DNA of 63,990 nt, the filler included. It is 3 parts of 3 records of this genome, joined end to end, with 100 filler letters (N's around TTAATTAATTAA, not from the genome) between each part and the next. Parts side by side here need not be neighbours in the genome. Positions count along the whole stretch, not along the records: positions 1 to 28,298 come from SRR20825010_2225; positions 28,399 to 44,522 come from SRR20825010_2230; 1 more part is not named here. One strand, given 5' to 3'. Both the position numbers and the translations under genes were made by a program. Positions 25,946 through 37,475 of the stretch are shown here, piece by piece; the first letter of the stretch is position 1; each line of letters opens with the position of its first letter. The notes below the pieces were generated by a model. The model saw only the letters and a list, made by a program, of their open reading frames with translations, searched no databases and was not told where the DNA came from.

Positions 25946-28298
25946 CTATCCAATATAATCTTTTGCCTTTAATAAAGCCTCGGGTATTCCCTCAGGATTT
26001 TTACCCCCAGCGGTTGCAAAGAAAGGCTGACCTCCGCCGCCTCCTTGGATTAATTTTCCAAGCTCTCTCACTATTTGTCCAGCATTCAACTCTTTTTCTT
26101 TCACAATTTCCTTAGAAACATAACAAGTCAGTATTACTTTTCCGTCATTTTCTGAAGCAAATAATAAGTATAAGTTTTTAAACTCACTTCCTAACTCAAA
26201 AGCTAAATCTTTTATACTTCCTTGGTCTAAATCTACTTTTTTAGCTAAAAATCTAACTCCGTTTACCTCTTCTAGTTCCGCCTTCAATTCTCCCTTTAAG
26301 CCTTTTGCCTTATCTTTTAGCAACTGCTCAATTTGTTTTTTCATCGCAGTATTTTCTTCCTGAAGAGCGGTAATAGCTTTTATTGGATCGACAGCATTAT
26401 TTTTCAATACCGCTTTTACTTTATTAAAAGCTTCCGTTTGGTTTGCAAAATATTCTTTAGCAGCATCAAAAGTAATTGCTTCTATTCTTCGAACCCCGGC
26501 TGCAACTGCACTCTCATTAGTAATAATAAAATGCCAAATATCTCCTGTATTTGCTACATGCGTACCTCCACAAAGCTCCATGCTCTCTCCAAACTTTACA
26601 GCACGCACCAAATCTCCATACTTCTCTCCAAATAAGGCAACCGCACCTTCCTTGATAGCTTCTTGATATGGCATATGTCTATTTTCTTGCAATGGTAATT
26701 GCTCACGAATTCTAGCGTTTACAAAATCTTCCACCTGCATAAGTTCTTCTGAAGTAACTTTTGCAAAATGCGAAAAATCAAAACGCAAATACCCACTATG
26801 CACCATACTTCCTTTTTGCTCTACATGCGTTCCCAACACACTTCTCAATGCTTGATGCAACAAATGTGTTGCGGTATGATTAGCAGCAGTTCTATTACGT
26901 TGTTTCTCATCTACAACTGCTCTAAAAGGATCGTTTAGATTTTTTGGTAAATTCTTAGAAAAATGAATAATTAGGTTATTCTCTTTCTTTGTATCTATTA
27001 TATAAATAACGTCTCCATTAGTAGACTCTAAATATCCTTTATCTCCAACCTGACCTCCTCCTTCTGCATAAAAAGGAGTAATATTAAATACTAATTGATA
27101 CAGCTCCCCATCTTTTTTACTTTCCACCTTGCGGTAGCGTGTAATTCTAACTTGAGTTTCCAACGTATCATAACCAACAAACTCTTCAATTGGGTCGTCT
27201 ATTAAAACTTCCCAATCTCCAGTTTCTATTTTTGTAGCTGCTCTGGATCTATTTTTCTGCTTCTCTAACTCCTCCTGAAATCCTTTTTCATCTAACTGAA
27301 ATCCTTTTTCATCTAAAATAAGAGATGTTAAATCGATAGGAAAACCGTAAGTATCGTATAATTCAAAAGCTTTACTTCCAGAAATAACCTTATCTGTATT
27401 TGCCCCGATAATATTATCTAACAACACTAATCCTTGCGCCAAAGTTCTCAAGAAAGAATTTTCCTCTTCTCTAATAACATTGATAATAATATTTTTTTCC
27501 TTTTTAAGTTCTGGAAAAAACTCATGCATTTGCTTAATAAGCGTATCCACCAACTTATAAATAAAGGCTTCTTTTTGGTTTAAAAATGTAAATCCGTAAC
27601 GAATAGCACGACGTAAAATCCTACGTATTACATATCCAGCTCCAGTATTGCTTGGTAATTGTCCGTCTGCAATAGCAAAAGAAACCGCTCTAACATGGTC
27701 GGCAATTACACGAATAGCGATATCTATTTCCTCTTTAACTCCGTATTTGGAATTGGTAATTGTTTCAATTTCTCTAATAATTGGAGTAAAAACATCGGTA
27801 TCATAATTACTTTTCTTACCCTGTAGGACCATACACAAACGCTCAAATCCCATTCCAGTATCCACATGTTGTGCTGGTAGTTTTTCTAGAGAACCATCTG
27901 CTTTACGGTTAAATTCCATAAAAACTAGATTCCAAATTTCCACAACCTGAGGATGGTCTTGATTTACTAAATCTGCACCTGGAATTTTAGCCTTTTCTTC
28001 TGCAGAACGAATATCTACATGTATTTCTGACGAAGGTCCACAAGGCCCTTGATCTCCCATTTCCCAAAAATTATCCTTTTTATTCCCTAGAATAATTCGG
28101 CTTTCTGGAACAATTTCTTTCCAAAAATCGTAGGCATCTTGATCCATAGGAAGCCCTTCAGCATCAGCTCCTTCAAAAACTGTGATATAAAGAATGTCCT
28201 TATCTATTTTATAAACTTCGGTTAATAATTCCCAAGCCCATTTAATAGCATCTTTTTTAAAATAATCTCCAAAACTCCAATTCCCCAACATTTCGAAC
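25946..28298 (-). CDS. alaS: Alanine--tRNA ligase (5' end truncated by the contig edge)
   Basis: [46 protein letters not shown]. Confidence 0.97.
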
Positions 28299-28398
28299 NN
28301 NNNNNNNNNNNNNNNNNNNNNNNNNNNNNNNNNNNNNNNNNNTTAATTAATTAANNNNNNNNNNNNNNNNNNNNNNNNNNNNNNNNNNNNNNNNNNNN
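28299..28398. other. Artificial contig-joining spacer
   Basis: 44 N + TTAATTAATTAA (stop codons in all six frames) + 44 N; genes are truncated on both sides. Confidence 0.98.
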
Positions 28399-30081
28399 TC
28401 AGACGATAAAAAAGTCATTTTTTCAATGGTCGGTGTTTCGAAAAGCACCCCGCAGGGAAAACAAATCATAAAGAATATCTATCTCTCGTTTTATTACGGA
28501 GCAAAAATTGGAATCATTGGTCTAAATGGTTCTGGAAAATCTACAGTAATGAAAATTATTGCGGGATTGGATAATGCCTACCAAGGAGATGTTGTTTTCT
28601 CTGATGGATATACAGTCGGTTACTTGCCACAAGAGCCTGAGCTCGATGAATCCAAAACGGTGAAAGAAATCGTAATGGAAGGTGCACAGGAAACTGTAGA
28701 TGCTCTTAAGGAATTCGAAGAAATCAATAATTCATTCATGGACGAAGAAATCATGAATGATCCTGATAAAATGGATAAGTTGATTACTCGCCAAGGTCAA
28801 GTGCAAGATCGAATTGATGCGTTGGATGCTTGGGAGTTGGATACAAAATTGGAACGAGCGATGGATGCCCTGAGATGTCCACCTGACGATCAGAAAATCG
28901 GAACACTTTCCGGAGGAGAAAGAAGACGTGTCGCGCTTTGCCGTTTATTACTTAAAAATCCAGATATTTTATTGTTGGATGAGCCAACCAATCACTTGGA
29001 TGCTGAGTCGATTGAATGGCTTGAGCAGCACCTACAGCAATATGCAGGAACCGTGATCGCTGTAACTCACGACCGTTACTTCCTTGACAATGTAGCTGGT
29101 TGGATTCTTGAATTGGATCGTGGAGAAGGAATTCCATGGAAAGGAAATTATACTTCATGGTTGGAACAAAAAGGAAATCGCCTGAAAGAAGAGGAGAAAA
29201 CAGAGTCGAAACGCCAAAAAATGCTTGCACGTGAGTTGGAGTGGGTGAGAATGAACCCAAAAGGACGTCACGCGAAAAATAAAGCACGGATCGCTAACTA
29301 CGACAAAATGCTTTCAGAAGACAGCAAGTCTAAAGAAGATATGTTGGAAATGCCAATCCCGAATGGACCTCGATTGGGAAGTAACGTGATTGATGCAGTT
29401 GCCGTTTCTAAAGGTTTTGGAGATAAATTACTTTATGGAGATTTGAATTTCAAACTTCCACCAGCGGGAATTGTTGGAATTATCGGACCAAATGGTGCCG
29501 GTAAAACAACAATTTTCAAAATGATTATGGATGAATTACAGCCAGATAGCGGACAATTTGAAGTCGGAGAGACGGTGAAATTGGGGTATGTAGATCAATC
29601 TCACGAAGATATCCATCCAGACAAAACTGTATTTGAGGTAGTTTCAAATGGACTTGAGTACGTAGAAATTGGGAATCAAAAAATCAATTCACGTGCATAC
29701 CTTTCTAAGTTCAATTTTGCAGGATCAGACCAAAATAAAAAAGTTGGAATCCTTTCTGGTGGAGAACGAAATCGCCTTCACTTGGCAATGACCTTGAAAA
29801 TTGAAGCAAACGTGCTTTTACTCGATGAGCCTACAAATGATATCGACGTAAATACCTTGCGTGCACTGGAAGAAGGAATTCAAAATTTTGCTGGATGTGC
29901 TGTGGTAATTTCTCACGACAGATGGTTCTTGGATAGAATTTGTACACATATTCTCGCTTTCGAAGGTGATTCTGAAGTGTATTGGTTTGAAGGATCCTAT
30001 TCTGAATACGAAGAGAATCGTAAAAAACGCCTTGGCGATAGTGGACCAAAGCGAATTCGTTACAAGAAATTGATTAAATAA
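28399..30081 (+). CDS. ettA: ABC-F energy-dependent translational throttle EttA (start codon cut off by the contig edge)
   Basis: In-frame [10 protein letters not shown] from 28399; two ABC domains ([29 protein letters not shown]), ELEWVR, no TM segments. Confidence 0.93.
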   Translation, partial: SDDKKVIFSMVGVSKSTPQGKQIIKNIYLSFYYGAKIGIIGLNGSGKSTVMKIIAGLDNAYQGDVVFSDGYTVGYLPQEPELDESKTVKEIVMEGAQETVDALKEFEEINNSFMDEEIMNDPDKMDKLITRQGQVQDRIDALDAWELDTKLERAMDALRCPPDDQKIGTLSGGERRRVALCRLLLKNPDILLLDEPTNHLDAESIEWLEQHLQQYAGTVIAVTHDRYFLDNVAGWILELDRGEGIPWKGNYTSWLEQKGNRLKEEEKTESKRQKMLARELEWVRMNPKGRHAKNKARIANYDKMLSEDSKSKEDMLEMPIPNGPRLGSNVIDAVAVSKGFGDKLLYGDLNFKLPPAGIVGIIGPNGAGKTTIFKMIMDELQPDSGQFEVGETVKLGYVDQSHEDIHPDKTVFEVVSNGLEYVEIGNQKINSRAYLSKFNFAGSDQNKKVGILSGGERNRLHLAMTLKIEANVLLLDEPTNDIDVNTLRALEEGIQNFAGCAVVISHDRWFLDRICTHILAFEGDSEVYWFEGSYSEYEENRKKRLGDSGPKRIRYKKLIK

Positions 30082-30314
30082 TGGGAGAACCTTCAAATGA
30101 TCCACTGCACGGGAAAACACTAGAGTTTATTTTGAACGAACTAGTGAAAAATCTCGGGTGGAAACACATGGGGGAATTGGTTCCAATTAATTGTTTTTTA
30201 AGCGATCCAAGCATAAAAAGTAGTTTGAAGTTTTTGAGAAAAACACCATGGGCAAGAGCCAAAGTGGAAAAAATGTACATCGAACGATTAGTTCAGTTTT
30301 TAGATAAAAAATGA
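30081..30314 (+). CDS. VF530/DUF2132 family small protein
   Basis: [36 protein letters not shown]. Confidence 0.88.
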   Translation: MGEPSNDPLHGKTLEFILNELVKNLGWKHMGELVPINCFLSDPSIKSSLKFLRKTPWARAKVEKMYIERLVQFLDKK

Positions 30315-31768
30315 GTGTAAGAAATTTAGAACCAAGTGGATTGTGGAATCATTTTGCCGATTTGAATGCGGTACCTCGACCTTCGAAAAAGGAAGAGCGT
30401 GTGATTCAATTCATGATGGATTTTGGAAATAATCTAGGATTGGAAACAATTCAAGATAAAATAGGAAATGTAATTGTTAAAAAGCCTGCTTCAAAAGGGA
30501 TGGAGAACCGAAAAACGGTAATTCTGCAATCCCACTTGGATATGGTGCATCAGAAAAACGCGGATACTGAGTTCGATTTTGATTCTCAAGGAATTGAAAT
30601 GAGAGTAAATGGAGATTGGGTAGATGCTAACGGAACAACGCTTGGTGCGGATAACGGAATTGGTGTGGCCGCAATTATGGCTGTATTGTCTTCTGAAACT
30701 ATTGAGCATCCTGCAATTGAAGCCATGTTTACGATTGACGAGGAGACTGGAATGACTGGAGCGATGCAACTCGATCCATCGAATTTCTCAGGTGAGATAC
30801 TATTGAACTTGGATACTGAAGATGATGACGAATTATCGATCGGATGTGCTGGTGGTATAGATACAAATACAGAATTTCAATACAAAGAAACTGATATTGA
30901 AGAAGATAGCAGTTGTTTTGAAATCAAGATTCGCGGACTTGTTGGTGGTCATTCAGGAATGGATATCGATAAAGGACGTGCGAATGCGAATAAATTAATG
31001 AATAGAGTGTTAATGCATTTGGCTTCAGAAATGAAGTTTCAACTTGTGTCGATTGATGGAGGAAGCTTGAGAAATGCCATTCCGCGTGAATCATCAGCGG
31101 TGATTGCAATTAATCATGAGTTCGATGGTCAACTTGAAGTAGAATTCTATGCAATTTCCGCATTGATCAAAAAGGAGTTCGAGAGAATCGAAGAAAATTT
31201 AAGCATGACGCTTGCGCCAACAACTGATGCAAAAGGAGCGGTTCCAACAGTATTGGCAGAAAAGATTTTTAAAACACTGGCTGCCGTTCACAATGGTGTG
31301 TTCCGAATGAGCCCAGATATTAAAGGATTAGTTGAGACTTCTTCTTCTTTAGCACGCGTGATTGTTGGAAATGGAAAGTTTTCGACGCAATCGTTACAAA
31401 GAAGTAGTGTTGAATCGACAAAAACAGAAGTAGCCCAAACTGTGCGCGCTCCTTTTGATTTAATGGAATGTGACGTGGTGCAAAATGGAGACTATCCAGG
31501 ATGGCAACCAAATCCAAATTCGGAAATTCTAACGATTATGGCTGATTTGTACAAAACTTCGTTCAATGAAGAGCCACAAGTTAAGGCATGTCACGCAGGA
31601 CTAGAATGTGGGATTTTACTCCAGCACTTGCCAACTGTTGATATGATTTCATTTGGACCGAATATCCGTGCAGCTCATTCACCAGACGAAAAAGTGCAAA
31701 TTTCTTCAGTGCAAAAATTCTGGGGGTATTTTATTGAAACTCTCAAAAGAATCCCAAGTCGGGTATGA
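30311..31768 (+). CDS. pepD: Aminoacyl-histidine dipeptidase (M20C)
   Basis: [50 protein letters not shown]. Confidence 0.93.
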   Translation: MSVRNLEPSGLWNHFADLNAVPRPSKKEERVIQFMMDFGNNLGLETIQDKIGNVIVKKPASKGMENRKTVILQSHLDMVHQKNADTEFDFDSQGIEMRVNGDWVDANGTTLGADNGIGVAAIMAVLSSETIEHPAIEAMFTIDEETGMTGAMQLDPSNFSGEILLNLDTEDDDELSIGCAGGIDTNTEFQYKETDIEEDSSCFEIKIRGLVGGHSGMDIDKGRANANKLMNRVLMHLASEMKFQLVSIDGGSLRNAIPRESSAVIAINHEFDGQLEVEFYAISALIKKEFERIEENLSMTLAPTTDAKGAVPTVLAEKIFKTLAAVHNGVFRMSPDIKGLVETSSSLARVIVGNGKFSTQSLQRSSVESTKTEVAQTVRAPFDLMECDVVQNGDYPGWQPNPNSEILTIMADLYKTSFNEEPQVKACHAGLECGILLQHLPTVDMISFGPNIRAAHSPDEKVQISSVQKFWGYFIETLKRIPSRV

Positions 31769-31989
31769 GCAGTGGATCAGGAAACCATGAATTGGTAGAC
31801 TTGGCAAATGCACGAATGCCATACGGGAAATATGAAGGTAAATTACTTTTGTATCTACCCGAAAATTATTTAGTATGGTATAAAGGAAAAGGATTTCCCG
31901 CAGGTAAACTTGGTCGTCAATTAGAATTGATGCTTGAAATTAAAACTAACGGATTAGAAGAGTTGATTCAACCGTTGGTTAAGCGTTAA
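31765..31989 (+). CDS. DUF3820 family protein
   Basis: MPYGKYEG..L..LPE.YLVW..KGFP.GKLG..L....EIK.NGLE. Confidence 0.85.
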   Translation: MSSGSGNHELVDLANARMPYGKYEGKLLLYLPENYLVWYKGKGFPAGKLGRQLELMLEIKTNGLEELIQPLVKR

Positions 31990-32028
31990 CGACTTGTTGC
32001 TTAGCGGCAATAAACGTATTTTTAAGAA

Positions 32029-32598
32029 ATGGAAAATGATCGTTTTGAATATCTCAATACGAATAGGTTATTACTTCGAAAGATAACACCTGAGCTTTAT
32101 CAATTGGTTTTCAGAACCTTGAGCGATAGTAATCTCATGAAGTTTTTTGGTTTTTCAACAAAAGAGGAACTTCTAAATGAAAGAGTCAAATTTTTAAAAG
32201 GAGTGGCGACACACAACAAGTCGTTTCTATATTTTCAATTGATTGAGCCGAAATCCAAGGAAATAATAGGTTGGTGTGGATTTCATACATGGTATTTAGA
32301 TCATTCCAGGGCCGAAATTGGCTACGGACTTTATTCTGACGAATTTAAAAATACAGGATTGATGTCGGAAGCAATGACTAAAATTGTCGAGTTTGGTTTT
32401 TCTAGCATGAAATTGAATCGAATAGAGGCCTTTATTTCTCCGTCGAACGAACCTTCGTTGAAGCTCGCACGAAAATTCGGTTTTAAAAACGAAGGATGTT
32501 TAAAGAGCCATTACCTATTTAATGGTACGTTTGAAGATTCTGAAATTTTTGGTTTACTGAAGGCTGATTATGAATATGCTGTAAAGAATAGCGTTTAA
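32029..32598 (+). CDS. GNAT N-acetyltransferase, RimJ/RimL family
   Basis: TNRLLLR, IGWCG, AEIGY, N.PS.KL.RKFGF..EG. Confidence 0.88.
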   Translation: MENDRFEYLNTNRLLLRKITPELYQLVFRTLSDSNLMKFFGFSTKEELLNERVKFLKGVATHNKSFLYFQLIEPKSKEIIGWCGFHTWYLDHSRAEIGYGLYSDEFKNTGLMSEAMTKIVEFGFSSMKLNRIEAFISPSNEPSLKLARKFGFKNEGCLKSHYLFNGTFEDSEIFGLLKADYEYAVKNSV

Positions 32599-32639
32599 AA
32601 ATTAAACGTTTCACTCATTTGAATCGTTATGTCATAGAT

Positions 32640-34061
32640 ATGATAAGAAAATTGGTTTTTTGGATCGTGTTTTTTACTTCGACCTGTTTTGGTCAAGAAG
32701 AAATAGAGATTGGAACTAAAAAATTCTCCAGTGCTGAATTGAGAAAAGATTTTGAGCTAGTTTCATCTACACTCCGTGAAATTCATCCTGGCGTTTACCA
32801 TTTTATTTCGGAGGATAGTTTGAATCGACTTTCGGAGCAATACCTTGCGGAATTGAATGAACCGTTAACGGAAGAAGAGTTTCATGTACTTGTTCGCCAA
32901 TTTGTTCGCGTGATAGGTTGTGGACACGTTACCGCAAAACCATCTGAAGATTGGTACGAGAAAAGAAGATTGAATCCTTACCTGATCCCGTTGAATGTGT
33001 ATATTATTGACAATGAACTTTATGTCAAAGATGTGCTGGATACAACGGTTAATATTCAGTCTGGATGGAAAATTTTATCCATCGATAATGTATTGTCTCA
33101 AGAAATACTATCTCAACTAACCGCCATTCATGAGCACGATGGATTTAATGAAACATTTGAAATCAGAAAAATAGAAAAGAGCTTTCAAACTTATTATTTG
33201 TTTTTGACAGGTGTAAAGCGAGAATTTGAAGTTGAGCTTGAGTCTTTTGAAAAGGATACTATTTTTGTAAAATTAGAGAAGGCGAGAGGAAGACGAATCA
33301 GGGAAGATGCGAATTTTGATTTCCAGAACAAATTGGTGTCAAAATCTAACGAGTTTGGAATTTTAGCAAAAGATTCAACAATTGCGGTTCTTGACTTGAA
33401 TTCATTCGATTCAAAAGGATATAGTAAATTTTACAAAAAAGGATTTAAACTTCTCGAAGCACAAGAGGTTGAGACCTTAGTTATTGATCTTCGTGGAAAT
33501 GGAGGTGGTTACTTTCCGAATGGAAATCAACTTTTGAGGTATTTGCTTCCAGATAATTTCACAACCAATTTTTGGACGAAGAAACATAAGATTAAAAGAT
33601 CATCTTATTTATCGATGGATCCTGGAAGTAGAGTTACACGAAAGTTATTTAATTTAATGCCTGACAAGGATAAAGCTGATCCGAATAGAAACTATGAAAT
33701 TCGTTACCGAAAAATTAAGAAGAATCATTTCAATGGAAAAGTGTACGTTTTAACTGACGGAGCAACATTTTCAATGGGGAGTTACGTTGCTTCTAAACTT
33801 CAAAACTATTCAGATGCAATTACCTTGGGTGAAGAAACGGGCGGTGGAGAGGCTGGATTCAATGCTGTGCTCTCGTGGAGTTTAACTTTACCTTCAACGA
33901 AAATTCGAATTTCAATTCCAAATTATCACATTGATCTTCAGGTACAGACGGAATTGGAAGGGAGAGGAGTGATGCCAAACATTCCAATTCACTATACGAT
34001 TGAAGATAAAATCAATCATAGAGATCTTGAAATGGAATATATTTTCAATAATTTACGTTAA
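32640..34061 (+). CDS. S41 family peptidase
   Basis: IDLRGNGGG, TFSMGS catalytic region, GEETGG, GRGVMPN; ATG at 32640 precedes a signal peptide. Confidence 0.85.
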   Translation: MIRKLVFWIVFFTSTCFGQEEIEIGTKKFSSAELRKDFELVSSTLREIHPGVYHFISEDSLNRLSEQYLAELNEPLTEEEFHVLVRQFVRVIGCGHVTAKPSEDWYEKRRLNPYLIPLNVYIIDNELYVKDVLDTTVNIQSGWKILSIDNVLSQEILSQLTAIHEHDGFNETFEIRKIEKSFQTYYLFLTGVKREFEVELESFEKDTIFVKLEKARGRRIREDANFDFQNKLVSKSNEFGILAKDSTIAVLDLNSFDSKGYSKFYKKGFKLLEAQEVETLVIDLRGNGGGYFPNGNQLLRYLLPDNFTTNFWTKKHKIKRSSYLSMDPGSRVTRKLFNLMPDKDKADPNRNYEIRYRKIKKNHFNGKVYVLTDGATFSMGSYVASKLQNYSDAITLGEETGGGEAGFNAVLSWSLTLPSTKIRISIPNYHIDLQVQTELEGRGVMPNIPIHYTIEDKINHRDLEMEYIFNNLR

Positions 34062-34284
34062 GAATAGTTTAAAAAACTTAGTAGAAACTAAGAAATTGCA
34101 AAGTTTTTTTGAGTTTTGTAAAAACCTTCATTTTAACGGTTAATCTGCTGTAAAACATGCAGTTGTCTATCAAGGCTTAATCCCTTCATTAACATAATTT
34201 GTTTACACAAGAACATTTTTTTTGATTTTTTCGTAACATTCTGAGAGAGACGGACGTAAATGCCTTTGTATAAAATTTGAAGTC

Positions 34285-34473
34285 ATGCAAATAACAAATT
34301 TAAATATGAACAACAGAGTCCAATCAGCAAAGTTTAAATTGTCTCAACACAGAGCGCAAGGATCTAAAAGTAATCTCAACATCTTTCAAGTCGCAAGGCT
34401 AATGGATACAGTCCAGAACAGAGTAGAAGATGCTTCGATTAATAAAAAATCCATTTTCTTTTCTCTTAACTAA
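34285..34473 (+). CDS. Small hypothetical protein (62 aa; alternative start at 34306)
   Basis: Isolated ORF followed by a terminator hairpin. Confidence 0.5.
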   Translation: MQITNLNMNNRVQSAKFKLSQHRAQGSKSNLNIFQVARLMDTVQNRVEDASINKKSIFFSLN

Positions 34474-34494
34474 GGGAAAGAGAGTACATATTTT

Positions 34495-34516
34495 AAGGTC
34501 GCCTCGGTGACCTTTT
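34495..34516 (+). terminator. Intrinsic terminator after the small ORF
   Basis: AAGGTCGC / GTGACCTT stem followed by a T-rich tract. Confidence 0.65.
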
Positions 34517-34540
34517 GTTGTTTTTAGTAGTTTCTTTTTG

Positions 34541-34585
34541 TAATTTTGTTTTACAAATGTGTAAATGTAAACTAATTACAAATGT
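34541..34585 (+). promoter_or_regulatory. -7 element TAATTTTG plus two TTACAAATGT candidate operators upstream of the XRE gene
   Basis: TAATTTTG at 34541-34548; TTACAAATGT at 34551-34560 and 34576-34585, the second overlapping the ATG. Confidence 0.55.
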
Positions 34586-34965
34586 TAATTCAGGATCGTA
34601 TTAAGCTAATAATGAAATCTCAAGGAGCAAACGCTTCTGAATTCGCTGATACGATTGATGTAAAGAGATCTAACTTAAGCCACGTTTTAAGCGGTAGAAA
34701 TAAGCCTAGTCTGGATTTTCTAGCTAAAATTATTAACCATTATCCAAATGTTAATGCAGCTTGGTTAGTCACTGGAGAAACATTACAAGGAGATTTTAGA
34801 GGAGGAGAGCAGACCGAACAAAGTACAGTTAAAGAATCTGAAGCTTCCGTGAATAAAGTAAGCCAACGAAACCAACAACAAGAGAGTACATCTCAAAAGA
34901 GAATCACTAAAGTAATCGCGTTCTACTCTGACGGAACCTTCGAAACCCTTTCTCCTAGTGAGTAA
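34582..34965 (+). CDS. XRE/Cro-CI family HTH regulator
   Basis: [26 protein letters not shown]...[10 protein letters not shown]-terminal [12 protein letters not shown] motif. Confidence 0.88.
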   Translation: MLIQDRIKLIMKSQGANASEFADTIDVKRSNLSHVLSGRNKPSLDFLAKIINHYPNVNAAWLVTGETLQGDFRGGEQTEQSTVKESEASVNKVSQRNQQQESTSQKRITKVIAFYSDGTFETLSPSE

Positions 34966-36133
34966 TGATCCCCGAAGCGATCAATTCATCTTCTATATAC
35001 AGTGCTGCAAATTGTCCAGGAGTAATTCCGCGTTGAGATTCTGCAAAGAATAAGTAAACTCCATCTTCCAATACCTTTACAACTGTTTCTTGAAGTGATT
35101 GGCGGTAACGTATTCTAGATAAGCATTTTATATTATCTATATTCTCAGCATTGTAATGTTCGCTTACAAAATGAAGATCTTCAAAATTGATCTTTAGTGC
35201 ATATTTGTTTAGACCTGGATGGTTGTCATTCTGACCTGTGTAAACAATATTATTTTCCACATCTAAATCAATTACAAAAGAGGGATTTGGTCTTCCGCCT
35301 ATATGAAGTCCTTTCCGCTGTCCTATTGTGTAATAGTGCGCGCCTTGATGTTTTGTTACCTCGGTTCCAAAGCTTGATTCATAGTGAAATGGTGCTGCCA
35401 ATGCTTTTACATTTTCTATTGAAACATCCAATGACTTATAGTCGTCAAACGTCGGATGGTCAGCAGCGACTTCTATAATCGATCCTTCTTTTGGCTTCAG
35501 TTGTTGTTGTAAGAACTGTGGGAGGCTAATCTTCCCAACGAAGCATAATCCCTGTGAATCTTTTTTATCAGCGGTAAGTAGTCCGTTTTCCTTAGCGATT
35601 CTTCGAACTTCTGGTTTTAATAACTCACCAATAGGGAATAAGGCTTTCGAAAGCTGTGCTTGATTCAGTTGGCAAAGAAAATAGGATTGATCTTTATTCG
35701 GATCGGCGCCAGCGAGCAATCCGAAAGTTCCGTCTGAATGCTCCGTTCTTCTGCAGTAATGTCCTGTTGCGACGTAATCAGCGCCTAGATCCATTGCTGC
35801 TTTTAGAAATACGTCAAACTTAATTTCTCTATTGCAAAGTACATCTGGATTAGGTGTTCTTCCTGATTCGTATTCTGAAAACATGTAATCAACAATTCGC
35901 TCCTTGTATTCTGCGCTTAAATCGATTACCTGAAAAGGGATTCCGAGCTGCTGGGCAATCAATAAGGCATCATTTGAATCGTCTATCCATGGACAATCAT
36001 CCGACAGCGTAACGCTCTCATCGTGCCAATTACGCATAAACATTCCAATCACTTCATATCCCTGTTCTTTTAACAGGTACGCCGCTACACTTGAATCAAC
36101 TCCGCCTGAAAGACCAACTACAACTCTTTTCAT
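34955..36133 (-). CDS. mnmA: tRNA-specific 2-thiouridylase
   Basis: [48 protein letters not shown]. Confidence 0.97.
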   Translation of the reverse strand: MKRVVVGLSGGVDSSVAAYLLKEQGYEVIGMFMRNWHDESVTLSDDCPWIDDSNDALLIAQQLGIPFQVIDLSAEYKERIVDYMFSEYESGRTPNPDVLCNREIKFDVFLKAAMDLGADYVATGHYCRRTEHSDGTFGLLAGADPNKDQSYFLCQLNQAQLSKALFPIGELLKPEVRRIAKENGLLTADKKDSQGLCFVGKISLPQFLQQQLKPKEGSIIEVAADHPTFDDYKSLDVSIENVKALAAPFHYESSFGTEVTKHQGAHYYTIGQRKGLHIGGRPNPSFVIDLDVENNIVYTGQNDNHPGLNKYALKINFEDLHFVSEHYNAENIDNIKCLSRIRYRQSLQETVVKVLEDGVYLFFAESQRGITPGQFAALYIEDELIASGIITH

Positions 36134-36181
36134 GGTGCAAAATTACTACTTATTTAAAGAAAGTATGGCGCATTTATTGAT

Positions 36182-36217
36182 TTACAAATGTGTTTCATTG
36201 CTATATTACATTTGTAA
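36182..36217. promoter_or_regulatory. Inverted pair of TTACAAATGT sites in the divergent mnmA/36299 promoter region
   Basis: TTACAAATGTGT at 36182; TTACATTTGTAA at 36206-36217. Confidence 0.5.
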
Positions 36218-36298
36218 CTATAGAGAATTGAAACTTTAACAATTGTTTTGAACGCGCTTTTATATCCTGCGGTACAATTTTTGTAATTTCACTTTTGT

Positions 36299-37048
36299 AT
36301 GAAAATAGTTATTGCACTTTGTGTAGCATTTTTTTCGTTTTTGAGTAATGCTCAATCCTGCGAAAAGGTTTTGCTTTCTGGTAAGGTGGTCGATTCTTTA
36401 CGACCTCAAAACTTTTACAATCTAATGGTGGTTAATAAAAGTTCTGGACAAGGCGTTTTTGGTCAACCAAACGGAAATTTCTCTGTTTATGCGAAACAAG
36501 GTGATACAATCGCTCTTTCTGTCCGCGGTTATCCTGTTAAATTGCTAATTGTAGAAGCAGATTCAAATTGTCAGATGCGCGGAGTATATGGAATTGAAGG
36601 TAAAGCGCAGGAATTTGATCCTGTTGTTGTGCGTTCACTAAAGAGCTTGGAGGAAATTAGAGAAGAGCGAGAAGGACTTGCTTTGAGAGAAACGCGTTTG
36701 GTTACTGGGATTGATGCTCTTCAAAGCCCAATAACGGCATTGTATCAGTCTTTTTCGAAGCGAGAAAAGACAAAACGATGGATTGCTGAACAAGAATACA
36801 AAGATGATAAGGCGCGCGTACTTAAAGAGTTGCTAAGGACTTATGTCGCGTATGATATCGTTAATTTGTCTGATGATGAGCTTGAGGAATTCATTTTCTT
36901 CCTCAATATGGACGAAGATTTCTTAAAGACTTCCTCAGAGATGGAGTTGATTACGTTTATTCAAGATAAATACATTCACTATTCGTCTATGAAGAATAAT
37001 CCGGGACAATCAACCTATTTTGATGTGATCAATAAAAAAGAAGAATAG
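36299..37048 (+). CDS. Secreted protein with an N-terminal carboxypeptidase-regulatory-like domain
   Basis: Signal peptide; LSGKVVD...NGNFSVYAK.GDTI..S.RGY; SPITALY. Confidence 0.65.
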   Translation: MKIVIALCVAFFSFLSNAQSCEKVLLSGKVVDSLRPQNFYNLMVVNKSSGQGVFGQPNGNFSVYAKQGDTIALSVRGYPVKLLIVEADSNCQMRGVYGIEGKAQEFDPVVVRSLKSLEEIREEREGLALRETRLVTGIDALQSPITALYQSFSKREKTKRWIAEQEYKDDKARVLKELLRTYVAYDIVNLSDDELEEFIFFLNMDEDFLKTSSEMELITFIQDKYIHYSSMKNNPGQSTYFDVINKKEE

Positions 37049-37078
37049 AGCACTCTATTTAAATTGCACTCTATTCTT
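37041..37078. terminator. Probable terminator hairpin between convergent genes
   Basis: AAGAATAGAG / CTCTATTCTT inverted repeat. Confidence 0.45.
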
Positions 37079-37093
37079 TAGTTAAGTCAATTT

Positions 37094-37414
37094 CTATGCA
37101 TTTATTGCAGCGACGAGTATAACAACCAGTAGAATAAATCCTAAGAGAGAGATTCCAATAATTGCACAAACTCTTCCCGCCTTTACATTCTTGTAAGAGC
37201 TTTGAGTGTACTTCGATGGGCTTTCGTTATATAATCTGAGAGCATTGGAAGACATTGATATCGATACAATTCCAAGAATTAGACCGATTAGTCCTGCAAG
37301 AACAATAGATAATATCCCCATAGCTAGTATTCCTCCACTGCTTGGAAGTGGGATTTGCGCTGTAGGCGTAGGTTCAATGTGGACGCTGTTTTGATCCAGT
37401 ATTTCGTTTGACAT
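37094..37414 (-). CDS. Small membrane protein (DUF4190/CCC-motif-like)
   Basis: LP.S..IL.MGILSI, Y...P..Y..SY.NVKAGRVCAIIG; hydrophobic helices. Confidence 0.7.
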   Translation of the reverse strand: MSNEILDQNSVHIEPTPTAQIPLPSSGGILAMGILSIVLAGLIGLILGIVSISMSSNALRLYNESPSKYTQSSYKNVKAGRVCAIIGISLLGFILLVVILVAAINA

Positions 37415-37475
37415 AGTAAATAGTTTGAACGAATATAATTAAATCGACGAAAAACAGCTTCTTTTTCTTGTGCGA

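Noticed and set aside
28343-28354. TTAATTAATTAA palindrome (also at 44567-44578) as a biological site
   Set aside because: Embedded in N runs of fixed length; a synthetic six-frame stop linker.
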